Shown: one piece after another, positions 36,340 to 47,660 of the stretch
How the letters are laid out: each line of letters starts with the position of its first letter
How positions within the stretch are numbered: the first letter of the stretch is position 1
DNA from: Phaeosaccion multiseriatum
Taxonomy: Eukaryota > Protista > Ochrophyta, other classes
Length of the DNA stretch: 64,000 bases
NCBI GenBank assembly: GCA_965112735.1
Contig: OZ218958.1
Coordinates: 1,984,001-2,048,000 of the forward strand
Reading direction: 5' to 3'
Position numbers and translations under genes: made by a program
Notes under the pieces: generated by a model
Told to the model about the DNA's origin: nothing
Database searches by the model: none
Seen by the model: the letters and a program-made list of their open reading frames with translations, nothing else

Positions 36340-37801
36340 TGTGGAGGTATGCTCACAAATGTCGTCAGTTCATAGTTTCAGTTTCTTCGTTCAGTTTCAG
36401 TTTCCTTTTAGTTCTTTCCATCTCCTAAAATATTACTTCATCTCTCGTCCTTTCGTTTTCTCACGAGTGCTCCACCTCTGGTGGATAGCGACTGACCTCC
36501 TGCTATGTGCAGGTAGGGTCTATTGCTATTAGTAGTCATCCTTTCAGTGCACGACTCCACAATAACTTGTTATTACCGGATAGTACATTTCATACACTTT
36601 CCAATTTCAGCGGCGACCAATGTCCGTCTCGCCACTACAACACCCGGTGTAGGCTGTACACCACCCGCGGTAGGCTCTTCCAGCATCGAGGTCTACATCC
36701 AGCCTTTTTTCGCCGATCCCAGTCAGAGAGCGGCCGCAGTGGATCGATGCCAGCAGCAGATTGTGCAGCTCTTTTCGGCGCTGGATAAATGTGGGCAGCT
36801 CGCCGTGGTCTACAACGAGAGTGCGGACGAATGGGTAGAAGGCACAGCTTCTGTAATCAGCGGAGGCCTCGCTGCCGGCCTCAAGCCCCAACATGTTTTC
36901 CTACAAGCGGCGTACTCCACCTTTGGACCTCATTCTTCACACCTTCCAGGGCCCTCTCTTGGTGCCCAAGATCAGCTATGCCATCACGGATAACGACATG
37001 ACCAAGTTGGTTACCGTGGGCCGCGCCACCCTGAAGGAGCTCGGCATTAATATCCAAGAGGCCCTTGGTAAGGCAGCAGCGACGCAGCACATCAACGACG
37101 GCGCCACTGGCCCTCTTCGTCAGGCGTCGGAACGTACTGTCACCTTTCTCCGTGACCGTTACTCCCCTCACTTCTAATCTTCTTCTGTTTCCCTCGGACT
37201 CTTTCCTATACCTTCTGAGTACCAATGTGCCCTGAAATAATTCTCCCTACCCTCTGGTGTTTCTAGACTGTTTGTGAGGCCGCTTTTTCCCTCCCCCTTG
37301 TGTGAGGCAGCTTTTCCCTCCATCTGTTCTGTTCCCAAGTCGGTGTAGCTAGGGCTAATTCTCTCTACTCTCTGGTGTTTCTGGACTGTTTGTGTGGCCG
37401 CTTTTTCCCTCCCCCTTGTGTGAGGCAGCTTTTCCCTCCATCTGTTCTGTTCCCAAGTCGGTGTAGCCAGTCTGTGTGGATTTCCCTCTTTTCCTTACTT
37501 CCTTTCCTCCTATTTGTGTTCATCTCTTTCTCTTTCCTTATCATGTCTGCGTATGCACACATGCTTTCAAAGGGGGGACTGTGGAGGTATGCTCACAAAT
37601 GTCGTCAGTTCATAGTTTCAGTTTCTTCGTTCAGTTTCAGTTTCCTTTTAGTTCTTTCCATCTCCTAAAATATTACTTCATCTCTCGTCCTTTCGTTTTC
37701 TCACGAGTGCTCCACCTCTGGTGGATAGCGACTGACCTCCTGCTATGTGCAGGTAGGGTCTATTGCTATTGGTAGTCATCCTTTCAGTGCACGACTCCAC
37801 A
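36340..37801 (+). mobile_element. 1462-bp TRIM-like element, copy B (inverted, apparently identical to copy A)
   Basis: LTRs 36340-36561 and 37580-37801, TSD GTTC. Confidence 0.92.
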
Positions 37802-37805
37802 GTTC

Positions 37806-40800
37806 TGAGCTACCTGGGATGTGGGACAGACCACACACCCCAGACAACCAACAAGCAAGGGGATTCGTATCCTATGTTGAGCGTGTATTAGCTTCCTTAT
37901 CAATCTCACTTTCTTATCTATCCTCCTCCTGCGACATGCCGTTCATATGAGGCGTACGTTCCCCAACTGGCGACAATCCGGATTCGAACATACCAAACAC
38001 CTTTGAGACTCCACAACTTCCCCCCCCCAAGGCCGAGGCCAACCAGCCAAGGACTGAGAAAACTGTGGGGCGAAAAGGAGCAGCTCACACACAAACCTCT
38101 AATAGAACTATAGCAAACCAATGGGGAAAGAAACAAAGTCCAAAACCCCATGCATCTAGCAGCAAGCAAAGCAGCAAAACATCCATATTCCAAAGCGTAG
38201 CACCAACTTCTTCAGCAAACAAAAGAAAATAACGGTGTGACACAACACCAAAAGGAAAAATGAGAACAACCACATACTAACCGACCCGTACCCGTTGTGC
38301 ACACAGCGAGCTGAAGCATGAATACCGATCAATGCCAACCCCCCAAGTCGTAGCGCCAGCAGTGTTGCCTCCAAAAGAAATTCAAGCTCGCGAGCTCCAG
38401 AAGAGTTGATCAGACCCTTCGCAATAAGCAGCAGTAGCAGTAGCAGCAATCCCATCAATAAAGCAAACCAAATCCCAAATGCGTGCAGCGAATCCTCGTC
38501 TCAATGTGTGTCACCAAAGGACGGCAATACCTCCAAACAAAGCCGCAAGTAGAGCAGCATAATCCAACTTCCATAGCAAGCACCAAGTAACCAGCTCCAG
38601 AAGCATCCATGCGGCAGATACATCGCGAAAACACTGCGAAATCCGCTGACAAGGCGAGCAGAAACAGCAAAGTGCGTCCAATCCAGCAAATTCAAATTCT
38701 TTTTGGAATCACAGATCCAAAAATGCCCATATAACCAACCCCTGTAGAAAAGCCGAAAATGCCCTCACATCGGCTCCAGGCGAGGTTTCTCGGGCCCTCG
38801 ATAAAGCAGAAGCCTGCGGCGGCCTGCGGCCGAAAGTAAGAAGCCTGCGGCTGGCCTGCGGCCAGAAGCCTGCAGAAAGTAGCGAGAAGCCTGCCAAAGT
38901 CCCCCATTTTTCTCCCAGCCTGAGAAGCCTGAAGCCTGTCCACTGGCTGCGGCCAGAAGCCTGCGCTGGCCTGCGGCCAGAAGCCCGAAGCCTGGAGGGG
39001 GCTACGGCCCAGAAGCCTAAAGCCCGAGAAACCTCGCCTGGAGCCGACTCACAGAAGCACTCATGTTTTCCACTCCAAGCTCCTCGAACATCAACTCGTA
39101 GAAGCTATCCTTCAGCATACGCCGTACCAAGACCACTCCGCTGCGATTCCAATCGTCCGCCGCGAACTTCCGCTGTACCAGCTGAACAATACAACGAATG
39201 CAAAACACCTCAGTGCTGCGGTCCCGAAAAGCGAACAAGTCCAATATCTCAAGCGCTGCTGCACCAATCCATCGACCACCGAGCACGATAGCAAGAGGAT
39301 AATCCATCCCTACTGCCGCAAGTAAGTCGCGCAAGCACAGCAAACCACAAGCCCTTTTCTCTCCCATTGCCCACGTTCACACCCCTCACGAGCCCCAATG
39401 CCGAAAAATCCATCACCTGCTCCTCTGCATCACAGGCAGGCCCCAAAACCCACTCCATAGCTGTTGTGAACGACCAAACGGCATGCCTCCGCCTTCGATG
39501 GCAGATAAGTAGCCACATTGCTCAATGCCCCAATTTCCTTCAGCACCAGACGACGGGCATCTCCGCACACCCCGTAGATGGCCACCAAATGCTGCTGTAC
39601 CTCCCGAAATGCAAGCGCCGTACACTCCCAATGCCGCCTTCCAATTCCTAATGCCTCCCTTGCATGCTGCGCCCCTCCTGTCGCTCTTCGCTTTGCTGTT
39701 CTGGCCACAGGTTCAATATCCGCTCCACACGCAAACTCAAGGCGCCAACCACCATCAAAGTGCTCCCCGGTTCCTTCCAACAGCCCGAATAGCTGCCTTC
39801 GTATCCATGCTGTCACCGCTGATGCTCGTACTGACTGCCTTGCTGTTGCTGCTTGTCCTGAGAGCCCAATTGCACCACTGCTGCCGTCCTTCTCTCGCGC
39901 AAAAACTCTCCAGGGGCGAGGAAGATGAACACAATGCCACCTTCCGGCTATCCTTTTGCGACTAATGCACTCACTCCCACTACCCCCGCTGGCCGTGCTC
40001 CCGTGCGGCCCGTGTGCATCGATAGTAGGCTGGGGCAAATCACTTACTGCTGTTGCTGTAGCGTTGCTGCTAAATTCCGTTTCGTTCTCAATGGCATCAC
40101 TGATGACTGTGGCTGTAGCGGTGCTGCAAATTTCCGCTTCTCCAAGCGGGGCTGTCTCTATGGCTGTATCCGCTTCTCCAAGCGGGGCGTCGGCGTGTTC
40201 TATGGCAATTTCCGCTGTATCAAGCGGGGCGGCGGCGTTCTCAATGGCATCACTGATGGCTGTGGCTGTAGCGGTGCTGCAAATTTCCGCTTCTCCAAGC
40301 GGGGCTGTCTCTATGGCTGTATCCGCTTCTCCAAGCGGGGCGTCGGCGTGTTCTATGGCAAGTTCCGCTGCTCTAAGCGTGGCCTCCTCTCCCTCAATTT
40401 CCAAAATACTTCGCTCCATTGCGATCCCTGTTGCTTCCCCGCCCTCGTCCGCCTTAGACGGAGCGTAAAAGCTATGCATGTCCAGTGCCTCATCACAAGA
40501 CAGCGATGCTGGCGTATCCCCATGCTGTGCTACTCTCTGCGAACACAAAGCCTTTCTTCGGTCCTCACGCAACGACTCTGCCTTTGTCTGTTGCATCCAC
40601 TGTTCCACGAACTGCATAGACAGCTGATGCAACCGCAATACATGCTGCTGAAACCAAAGCTGGTCATCACTGCTACGAGGAGAATCCAATCCAACCATCC
40701 TGCTGTGCAATCGCCATCGTTCTAGTCTTTGTCTGCTACAGCCACGCAACACCAACAAAAGGGAAATCCCTCAGCTTCCACCAAGTTGAGCTACCTGGGA

Positions 40801-40996
40801 TGTGGGACAGACCACACACCCCAGACAACCAACAAGCAAGGGGATTCGTATCCTATGTTGAGCGTGTATTAGCTTCCTTATCAATCTCACTTTCTTATCT
40901 ATCCTCCTCCTGCGACATGCCGTTCATATGAGGCGTACGTTCCCCAACTGGCGACAATCCGGATTCGAACATACCAAACACCTTTGAGACTCCACA
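37806..40996 (-). mobile_element. Non-autonomous cargo-carrying LTR element (element 4)
   Basis: 210-bp LTRs 37806-38015 and 40787-40996, TSD GTTC, tRNA-type PBS TGGTGGAAGCTGAGGGATTT (40783-40764), G-rich PPT; no gag/pol. Confidence 0.9.
38770..39047. mobile_element. MITE-2 inside element 4
   Basis: 26-bp TIR TCGGCTCCAGGCGAGGTTTCTCGGGC, 6-bp TSD CTCACA, internal AGAAGCCTGCGG repeats. Confidence 0.85.
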
Positions 40997-41821
40997 GTTC
41001 TGGCCGGCGCCAGCCGGCCGGGTCCCAGGTTCTGGCCGGCGCCAGCCGGCCAGGTTCCAGGTTCTGAAAAGAAACGTATAGTAGGTTCCAGGTTCCCCGG
41101 AAAAAGCCGTGTAATAAGGCAATGATAAGGTCCCCTGAACCTGGGAGAACCTGGGTTCCAGGTTCTGGCCGGCGTCAGCCGGCCAGGTTCCAGGTTCTGG
41201 TCGACGTCAGCCGGCCAGGTTCCAAGTTCTGGCCAGGGTCGCCTCAGAACCTTGTCAGGGGCCGAGTCTACGTGAAGGCGGTGAATGGCTCGGGCAAGCT
41301 CAATGAGCTCTTCTTTGTGGTCCAGCGAAGAGAAGACGTAAAGGAAAAAGAAGTAGGGTTGTAGAGGAGTTGGAAAGAAAGCGAAGATGGGAAAGACAGT
41401 AGGGAAAAGTCCCATCACGGGGTAGCTACGGTCCAACCCATCACAGGGTACGGCAAAATTTCGTTTTGTTGGCCCCCCTCCCGGCAAGCACCCAAAGCAG
41501 GGTACGCCTAGGGACCTATATAACCGCTCCCATAGGGTAAAGGTATGGCCGCGTCCGCAAAAAGTATGGAGGCTTATAAAGGGCAGAAGTACACATAGGT
41601 TGGGAGAGCTCTTCCCTGCCACCACGGACGATTACAGGGAGGAGGGAGGAAAAAGGAGGTGAGAAGGAAGAAAAGGGGGGACGAATGAACATGCACAGGC
41701 TGGTGGAGAAGTGGTTCCACGCCACACCCTGATGCCCGCTCGCCGTCGGCGTTCAACGTGTGGGCGCAGGCAGCAGGGGCGGCAGCTCACAGTGAACCAA
41801 ACCAAGCAAGTGGGCTCGTAC

Positions 41822-42033
41822 TGTGGAGTCTCAAAGGTGTTTGGTATGTTCGAATCCGGATTGTCGCCATTTGGGGAACTCGAGCTTCATATGAACGGGA
41901 TGTCGCAGGAGGAGGATAGATAAGAAAGTGAGATAGAGGAAGGAAAGCTAATACACGCTCAACATAGGATAAGAATCCCTTTGCTTGTTGGTTGTCTGGG
42001 GTGTGTGGTCTGTCCCACATCCCAGGTAGCTCA
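41822..42033 (+). mobile_element. Solo LTR of the element 4/5 family
   Basis: Full LTR with TSD GTAC on both sides. Confidence 0.92.
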
Positions 42034-42583
42034 GTACCCCGGACGGGCGGGGTGGATACAAGAACGCTGGAACTGACGCCCTCCGGCACAAGATTGGGCG
42101 TCTGAGGGATAATGAGGCTCATGAAGAGAGACGCTGAAGCGGTCCAGCGCTGAGGCATGTGGTAGATTGTCCTGCCTAAGGGTTTCCGGTCATACATTCT
42201 GGGGTATAATAAGAATGTCGGTTTCCTAGGCACGCCCCGAGGGGGATCAACGGCTCTGGCGTTTCACCCTCCTCTTTGTGGGCACAAGCTTTGCATCAGC
42301 GAGTAGTAGAGATACATTATCAATACGGACACTGACGCCCCACCATAAGCGCAGCATATACTTGGTCCAAACCGCTGAACGTCTTTACTATCTCAGCTTA
42401 GCACAGAACTAGTTCTCGCTTTATTAAAGCTTTGGAAAGGAAAGAAAAACGACGGCACATTTCTTCGAGGGGATCAGCGTTAGCTCACTACTTCGGAGAC
42501 CAGCCAACAGCATCATGTCGGATAATGGATACACGCTCAAAGGAGAGTGGCCTACACTATCGGGAGCGCGTCAGGTGGTATCC

Positions 42584-44020
42584 TGTTGGAAGGCCCCGGG
42601 ATAGGCATTGGGGATGTTGGAAGGCCTCAGATGAGATGGGCCATAAGTCAATAGCCCAGGCCCAGGCAGATACAGTGAGAACGGGTGGCGTGGCTCTCAC
42701 TATCCTATGTGCGAAGGTGGTCGTTTAGGACTAGCATGCGATAAGTTAATAGAGGCAAGGCTGGCTGCTAGGCTGGCTTTGGGGTTGCTGTTACCTTGTC
42801 CGTGTGTCTAGTTCTATCCTATCTGTAGGCGACAGCGCATGTCGGTCGTGCGTACGTCGTTTTACAACCCCAAAGGCCCGAAAGCAGCACTTAGCCAAGA
42901 GGCTTAGGCAGGGAAGGAAGAGGCGTGTTAGGGGAGCACAGTGCGGCACATAAGCAGTGCCGTACGACGTGCGACAGCAGCGGAGTTGTTGTTGCACGGA
43001 GAGGCGGGAGTGGAGGGAGAGAATTGCCGGAAGCGGTGTCTTACAGCGGGCACGGCTTTCGAGTGTGGCAGCAGCACGGATGTTGTTGTTGCACGGAAAT
43101 GGATGCTGAAGGTTGGTGGGCAGTGGAGAGAGAGAATTGCCGGGAGTGGTGTCTACAGCGGGCACAGCTTTCGAGTGTGGCAGCAGCACGGATGTTGTTG
43201 TTGCACGGAAATGGCTGCTGGAGGTTGGTGGGCAGTGGAGAGAGAGAATTGCCGGGAGTGGTGTCTACAGCGGGCACAGCTTTCGAGTGTGGCAGCAGCA
43301 CGGATGTTGTTGTTAGACGGAAATGGATGCTGGAGTTTGGTGGGCAGTGGAGAGAGAGAATTGCCGGGAGCGGTGTCTTACAGCGGGCACGGCTTTCGAG
43401 TGTGGCAGCAGCACGGATGTTGTTGTGCACGGAAATGGATGCTGGAGGTTGGTGGGCAGTGGAGACAGAGAATTGCCGAGAGCGGTGCCCTACAGCGGGC
43501 ACGGCTTTCGAGTGTGGCAGCAGCGCGGCTGTTGCTGTTGCACGGAGCTTGGCGGGAGACAGAGAAGGATACTCGCAAGGCTGCTTTAGGGACTGTCTGG
43601 GTGCCTTGTAGGCACACCAGTAAACACTTTAGCAGTCAGCATTAGTGGTGCGCAACGAGGCTTTGGCAACGCTGGTGGCGAGTAGGAGTGGAGAAAGATA
43701 TGGCGCGGGTGAGTTTGAGTCGTGGGATGTTCTCATCCGTGAGCCTGTGTGGGTGAGTTTGAGTCGTGGGACTTTCTCATCAATACAGGGGGTGTGTGTG
43801 GGAGGAGCGGTCGCACACATCTGGGTGAGTGTTGCATAATGCTCATCCGTTTTCTTTTTTTGGAAGCAGCATGGAGGCTTGTGCGACAGTCGAGCTTCAG
43901 TAGGCGAATCCGCTTGTGTTGCGTGGGTACACGCAACAGTCTTGTCAAGGGGATGTTGGAAGTGGCGGATAGCTATTGGGGATGTTGGAAGGCCCCGGGA
44001 TAGGCATTGGGGATGTTGGA
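42584..44020 (+). mobile_element. Non-autonomous relative of element 3 nested in element 2 gag; 3' LTR truncated
   Basis: LTR 42615-42866 (TGTTGGAAGGCCTCAG...TTTTACA), same GGGATAGGCATTGGGGA PPT cassette as element 3, ends at TGTTGGA 44014-44020. Confidence 0.72.
42975..43545. repeat. Tandem minisatellite, about 112-bp unit, about 5 copies
   Basis: TACAGCGGGCAC recurs at 43042, 43154, 43266, 43379, 43491. Confidence 0.92.
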
Positions 44021-47000
44021 GCATATGCATATCCTAAACTTCGAAGAGTACGAAGAGACCCTAGTGAGCTCAGTGCCGACACTGGGGGTAGGAGCGCAGG
44101 AGGTCGCGGCTGAGTGCCCCCCTCCTGACGTTGGTGCAGAGGCACCAGGTGTTGACGCCATTGGTGGTCAGCCCCTAACTAATAAAGACCGTGAAGAGTG
44201 TGAAGGTGTACCAGATACTATTCAAGGGCCATCAGAGGGACACCCTCCCTCTGAGGCACGCCGCAGAGAGGTGCTAGGTCCCATTGTGGACAAGGCAATC
44301 ACTGATCATGATTTCCCTGCGGAGCTGAGAGAGCCAATGATGGAAGCTCTCTTAGAGTTTGATGTGTGGCGGGATGAGTTGCTATATAGCGATGGCCCCG
44401 CCAATGTAGAGCCAATGGAGGTGACATTTACCGACACGGTACCGAGCTCCCGTCTCCCCATAAGGCAACAAGGCGCAAAGGGTGCTTTTGTGAATGACTT
44501 TTGCAACAAGTTGATAGACAAAGGCCTGGGTTACAGCAACCCGCAGAGCGCCCATGGTAGCCCGGCCTTTGCAGTAGGCAAGCCCGGCAAGCCAGGCAAG
44601 TACCGTATCGTCTGCGACTTTCGAGCAGTCAATGAAAAGGTACGGAAGGTCGATTTTGGGATGATGAACATTGATGATGCGGTCGCTGCCATGTTGGATT
44701 GCCGATGGTTCATCGAGATAGATGGGGTTGACATGTATTGGCAATTCCCACTAGGCAAGCTGAGCCAAGTTGCTCACACGTATATATTCCCAAATGGCAA
44801 AGTGACGCCAACTCGAGTGCCCCAAGGGGCTAAGAACTCGGGCGCTTACGTCCAAGGCCAGATGACCCACCTCTTTCGCAAAGAGTTGTGCAAGACCCAC
44901 GCCGTCTACATTGACAACGTAGCGTACTGGGCAAAGGTGGGAGAGGACATGGTGCGCCTCACTCGACTGACGATGAAGCGCCTCCACAGCGCCAACATCA
45001 AGATAGGGTTGAGCTCTTTCCGCTTCGGCAAAGAGCTTAAGTTCCTTGGCCGCGTGCACGACCGACGCGGCACGCGACATGACCCCGCCAGAGTGCAGGG
45101 CCTGACCAGTCTCGCGGCCCCAGAGACGGCTGGAGATTTGATGACTTTCCTCTGCAGCCTGCAGTGGTTTCATCGATACATCAAGGACTTCGCTAAGCTA
45201 GTGGGTCCTTTGAACGCGCTGTTGAACAAAGCCCTCGGGCAGGCTAACGCTAAGCCTCATCAGCACAAGCGCTCCAAGGCAGTGGCCAAGACGATTCCGT
45301 TGGCCTCTGTGGGGTGGGACACAGAGCACGACGACGCTTTCTTCCAGATTAAGCGCGTCCTTGCACAGAACACGGTGCTGTCGCACCCAGACCCAACCAA
45401 ACTGGCACTGGTATTCCCAGATGCTAGCGACCTCTACTGGGGATGTATGATTACATACATCGACCCCAAAGAGCTGTGCCTTCCGGTACATGAGATGAAC
45501 CACATCCCGGTGGCCTTCGGCTCAGGCGCTTTTGAAGGCGCAGAGCTGAGGCGTGCCACCATAGACAAGGAAGGAGACGCGACACTCCGAGGCTTGATCC
45601 AGAACGAGTACGCCTTGGTCGGAGCACAGAAAGTGCACATCTTTTGCGACCATCGCAACCTGGCGTTCATGATGAGCAACGACAGCAGGTACCCTGGCAG
45701 GACTAAGCCTATGAGGGACAGGCTGCAGCGTCAGGCCGTGCGCCTTCAGAGCTTTGACTACGTCATTGTCCACTTCCCTGGTCATCTCCATGATTGGGCC
45801 GACCCCATTAGCAGGCGGTACACGCAACCGATAAGCCTCACCCCTAGTGTACTCGCTTTGGGCAAGTTTGGGCCCATGCAAGTGTTTGACACTATGTGTG
45901 ACGACTTCACTTGGCCCTCCAAGACTGAGATTGCCAGTCTGCAGGCAGACGCTCTTCAGGAGCTCCAGCAGGCTAGCAAGGAGGTAGGAGAGAACGGGCG
46001 CCGCCTGCTCCTTTCATCAGTTGGTGACGACGGGTTGATTCGAGCGTGCCATCCGACGAGCAACCCCGCTGACAGCACCCGCATTTGGATTCCCTCGGTG
46101 GGAGCCAAGGCGGAGGACATGCACCTGAGACTGTGTGTGACTGGCCATCAGGGTATGATGGGCCATCAGGGAGAGACAAACACCTTGAGTGCTATTAAGG
46201 AGAAGTTCATTTGGCACTCGCTAGACAAGGACGTGCGAAGCCTCGTTCAGAACTGTCTCCACTGCCTCACCAACGGCAAGGGCGAGAGAGTGCCTCGCCC
46301 CCTGCTAGCTCAATGGCACGCTACTGAACCCCAGCAGCTCATCTGGTTTGACTTCGTCAAGATTGGCGATGGAGTTATATGGGCAGAGTCCCCAGAAGGG
46401 TTCATGAAGCTTCATGTGAAGCAAGTGCTGTGCATCTTATATGACTTCTCGTCATTGTCAATGTATGAGCCATGCTTGGAAGCTACTGCACGAGTGTGTG
46501 CACGCGGTCTATTGCGCTGGTTCGCACAGCATGGCGTAGTGCCCAGGTGGCAGAGTGACAGAGGCAGTCATTTCTTAAATGAAGTGATACGTGAGCTAAG
46601 TCAGCTCTTGCGGTGCAACCACCATTTTGTGGTAGCACACAACCCATACAGTCGAGGACTGTGCGAGCGTGGTGTACAGACCTTGCAGAAGATCATGAGA
46701 TCAATGATGTCTGAGCTACGGCAGCCGCCCGAGACATGGCCGCAACTACTGCCAGTGATGGAGGCTGTTGAGAACAGCTCCAACAAGAGCAGTCGGTCTA
46801 GCATGTCTCCCATCCAGCTGCACAGCGGTCACGTACCACAGCGGCCTCTCGACACGATTCTGATCTACGATACGGATCGACTGCAAAAGTTTCGGCTACT
46901 GCAGCTGACCCCGGCGCAGAGAGACACCCTTGCGACACAACTCCATCAGCGGAAGGAGGGGCAGCGCGCCGAAGCGGAGCGTCATTTGACCACCCTCCGC

Positions 47001-47660
47001 GATCACAAGCGAGATGGCATCAACCAGAGGCTGATGAGCGGCAGACGTGGTGCAGAGCATCGCCAGGACTTGGCCAGAGCAAAGCAGCTCAACAGCGAGA
47101 CGCTGTTTCAGGTCGGAGTTTATGTGCTCGTGGCAACAGTAGGGCCCACAAGCAAGATACTAGGCAAGTGGCATGGACCCTGCCGAGTGCTTGAAGCCCT
47201 TGAGCAGCACGTATACAAGGTGGAAGAGCTGGTAGGCAAGAAGCGTACTTCTGAGGTACATGTCAGCCGCCTCCGATACTATTGCGGTGCTCACGTGAAC
47301 GTCACCACCGACGTACTACAGCAGATTTCATACAACACCCAAGACTTTGTGGTGGAGGCTTTTGAAGGCCTCGTTAAGCACGCAGATGGTTCATGGCATG
47401 TCATTGTTAAGTGGCGTGGCTTTGAAGCCCTCGAGAATAGCGAGGAGCCCATCGAGACACTGCACGAGGACACTCCACGTTTACTGGAGACCTACCTGCA
47501 GAAACATCAGGACAAGCAATTAGTCAGCGCAGTCCGAGCCTATCTCCGCACCCTTGCGACACGACAGGCAGCCCAGAAGCAGCGCGCCGATCGCCGCACT
47601 TCTTCGGCCCGCGCTCCGGCGCGACCTGCGCGCACGCGCAAGAGGACAAACACCGGATAG
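44021..47660 (+). CDS. Pol of element 2: RT-RNase H-integrase-chromodomain, uninterrupted but lacking its 5' part
   Basis: YRIVCDFRAVN, PQGAKNS, YIDN, PDASDLYWG, CDHRNL, HQGMMGH/CLHC, SDRGSHF, GLCERG, VKWRGFEALENSEEP. Confidence 0.9.

Larger units (their letters stand above)
36275..41265. mobile_element. MITE-1 (about 330 bp when empty) containing two nested LTR elements
   Basis: TIR TCGGCCCCTGACAAGGTTCTG / CAGAACCTTGTCAGGGGCCGA, 6-bp TSD GTCTAC (36269-74 / 41266-71), subterminal CCAGGTTCTGGCCGGCGCCAGCCGG repeats. Confidence 0.85.

Noticed and set aside
42975-43545. CRISPR-like array
   Set aside because: Whole 112-bp units repeat with no unique spacers; no cas genes; eukaryotic TE context.
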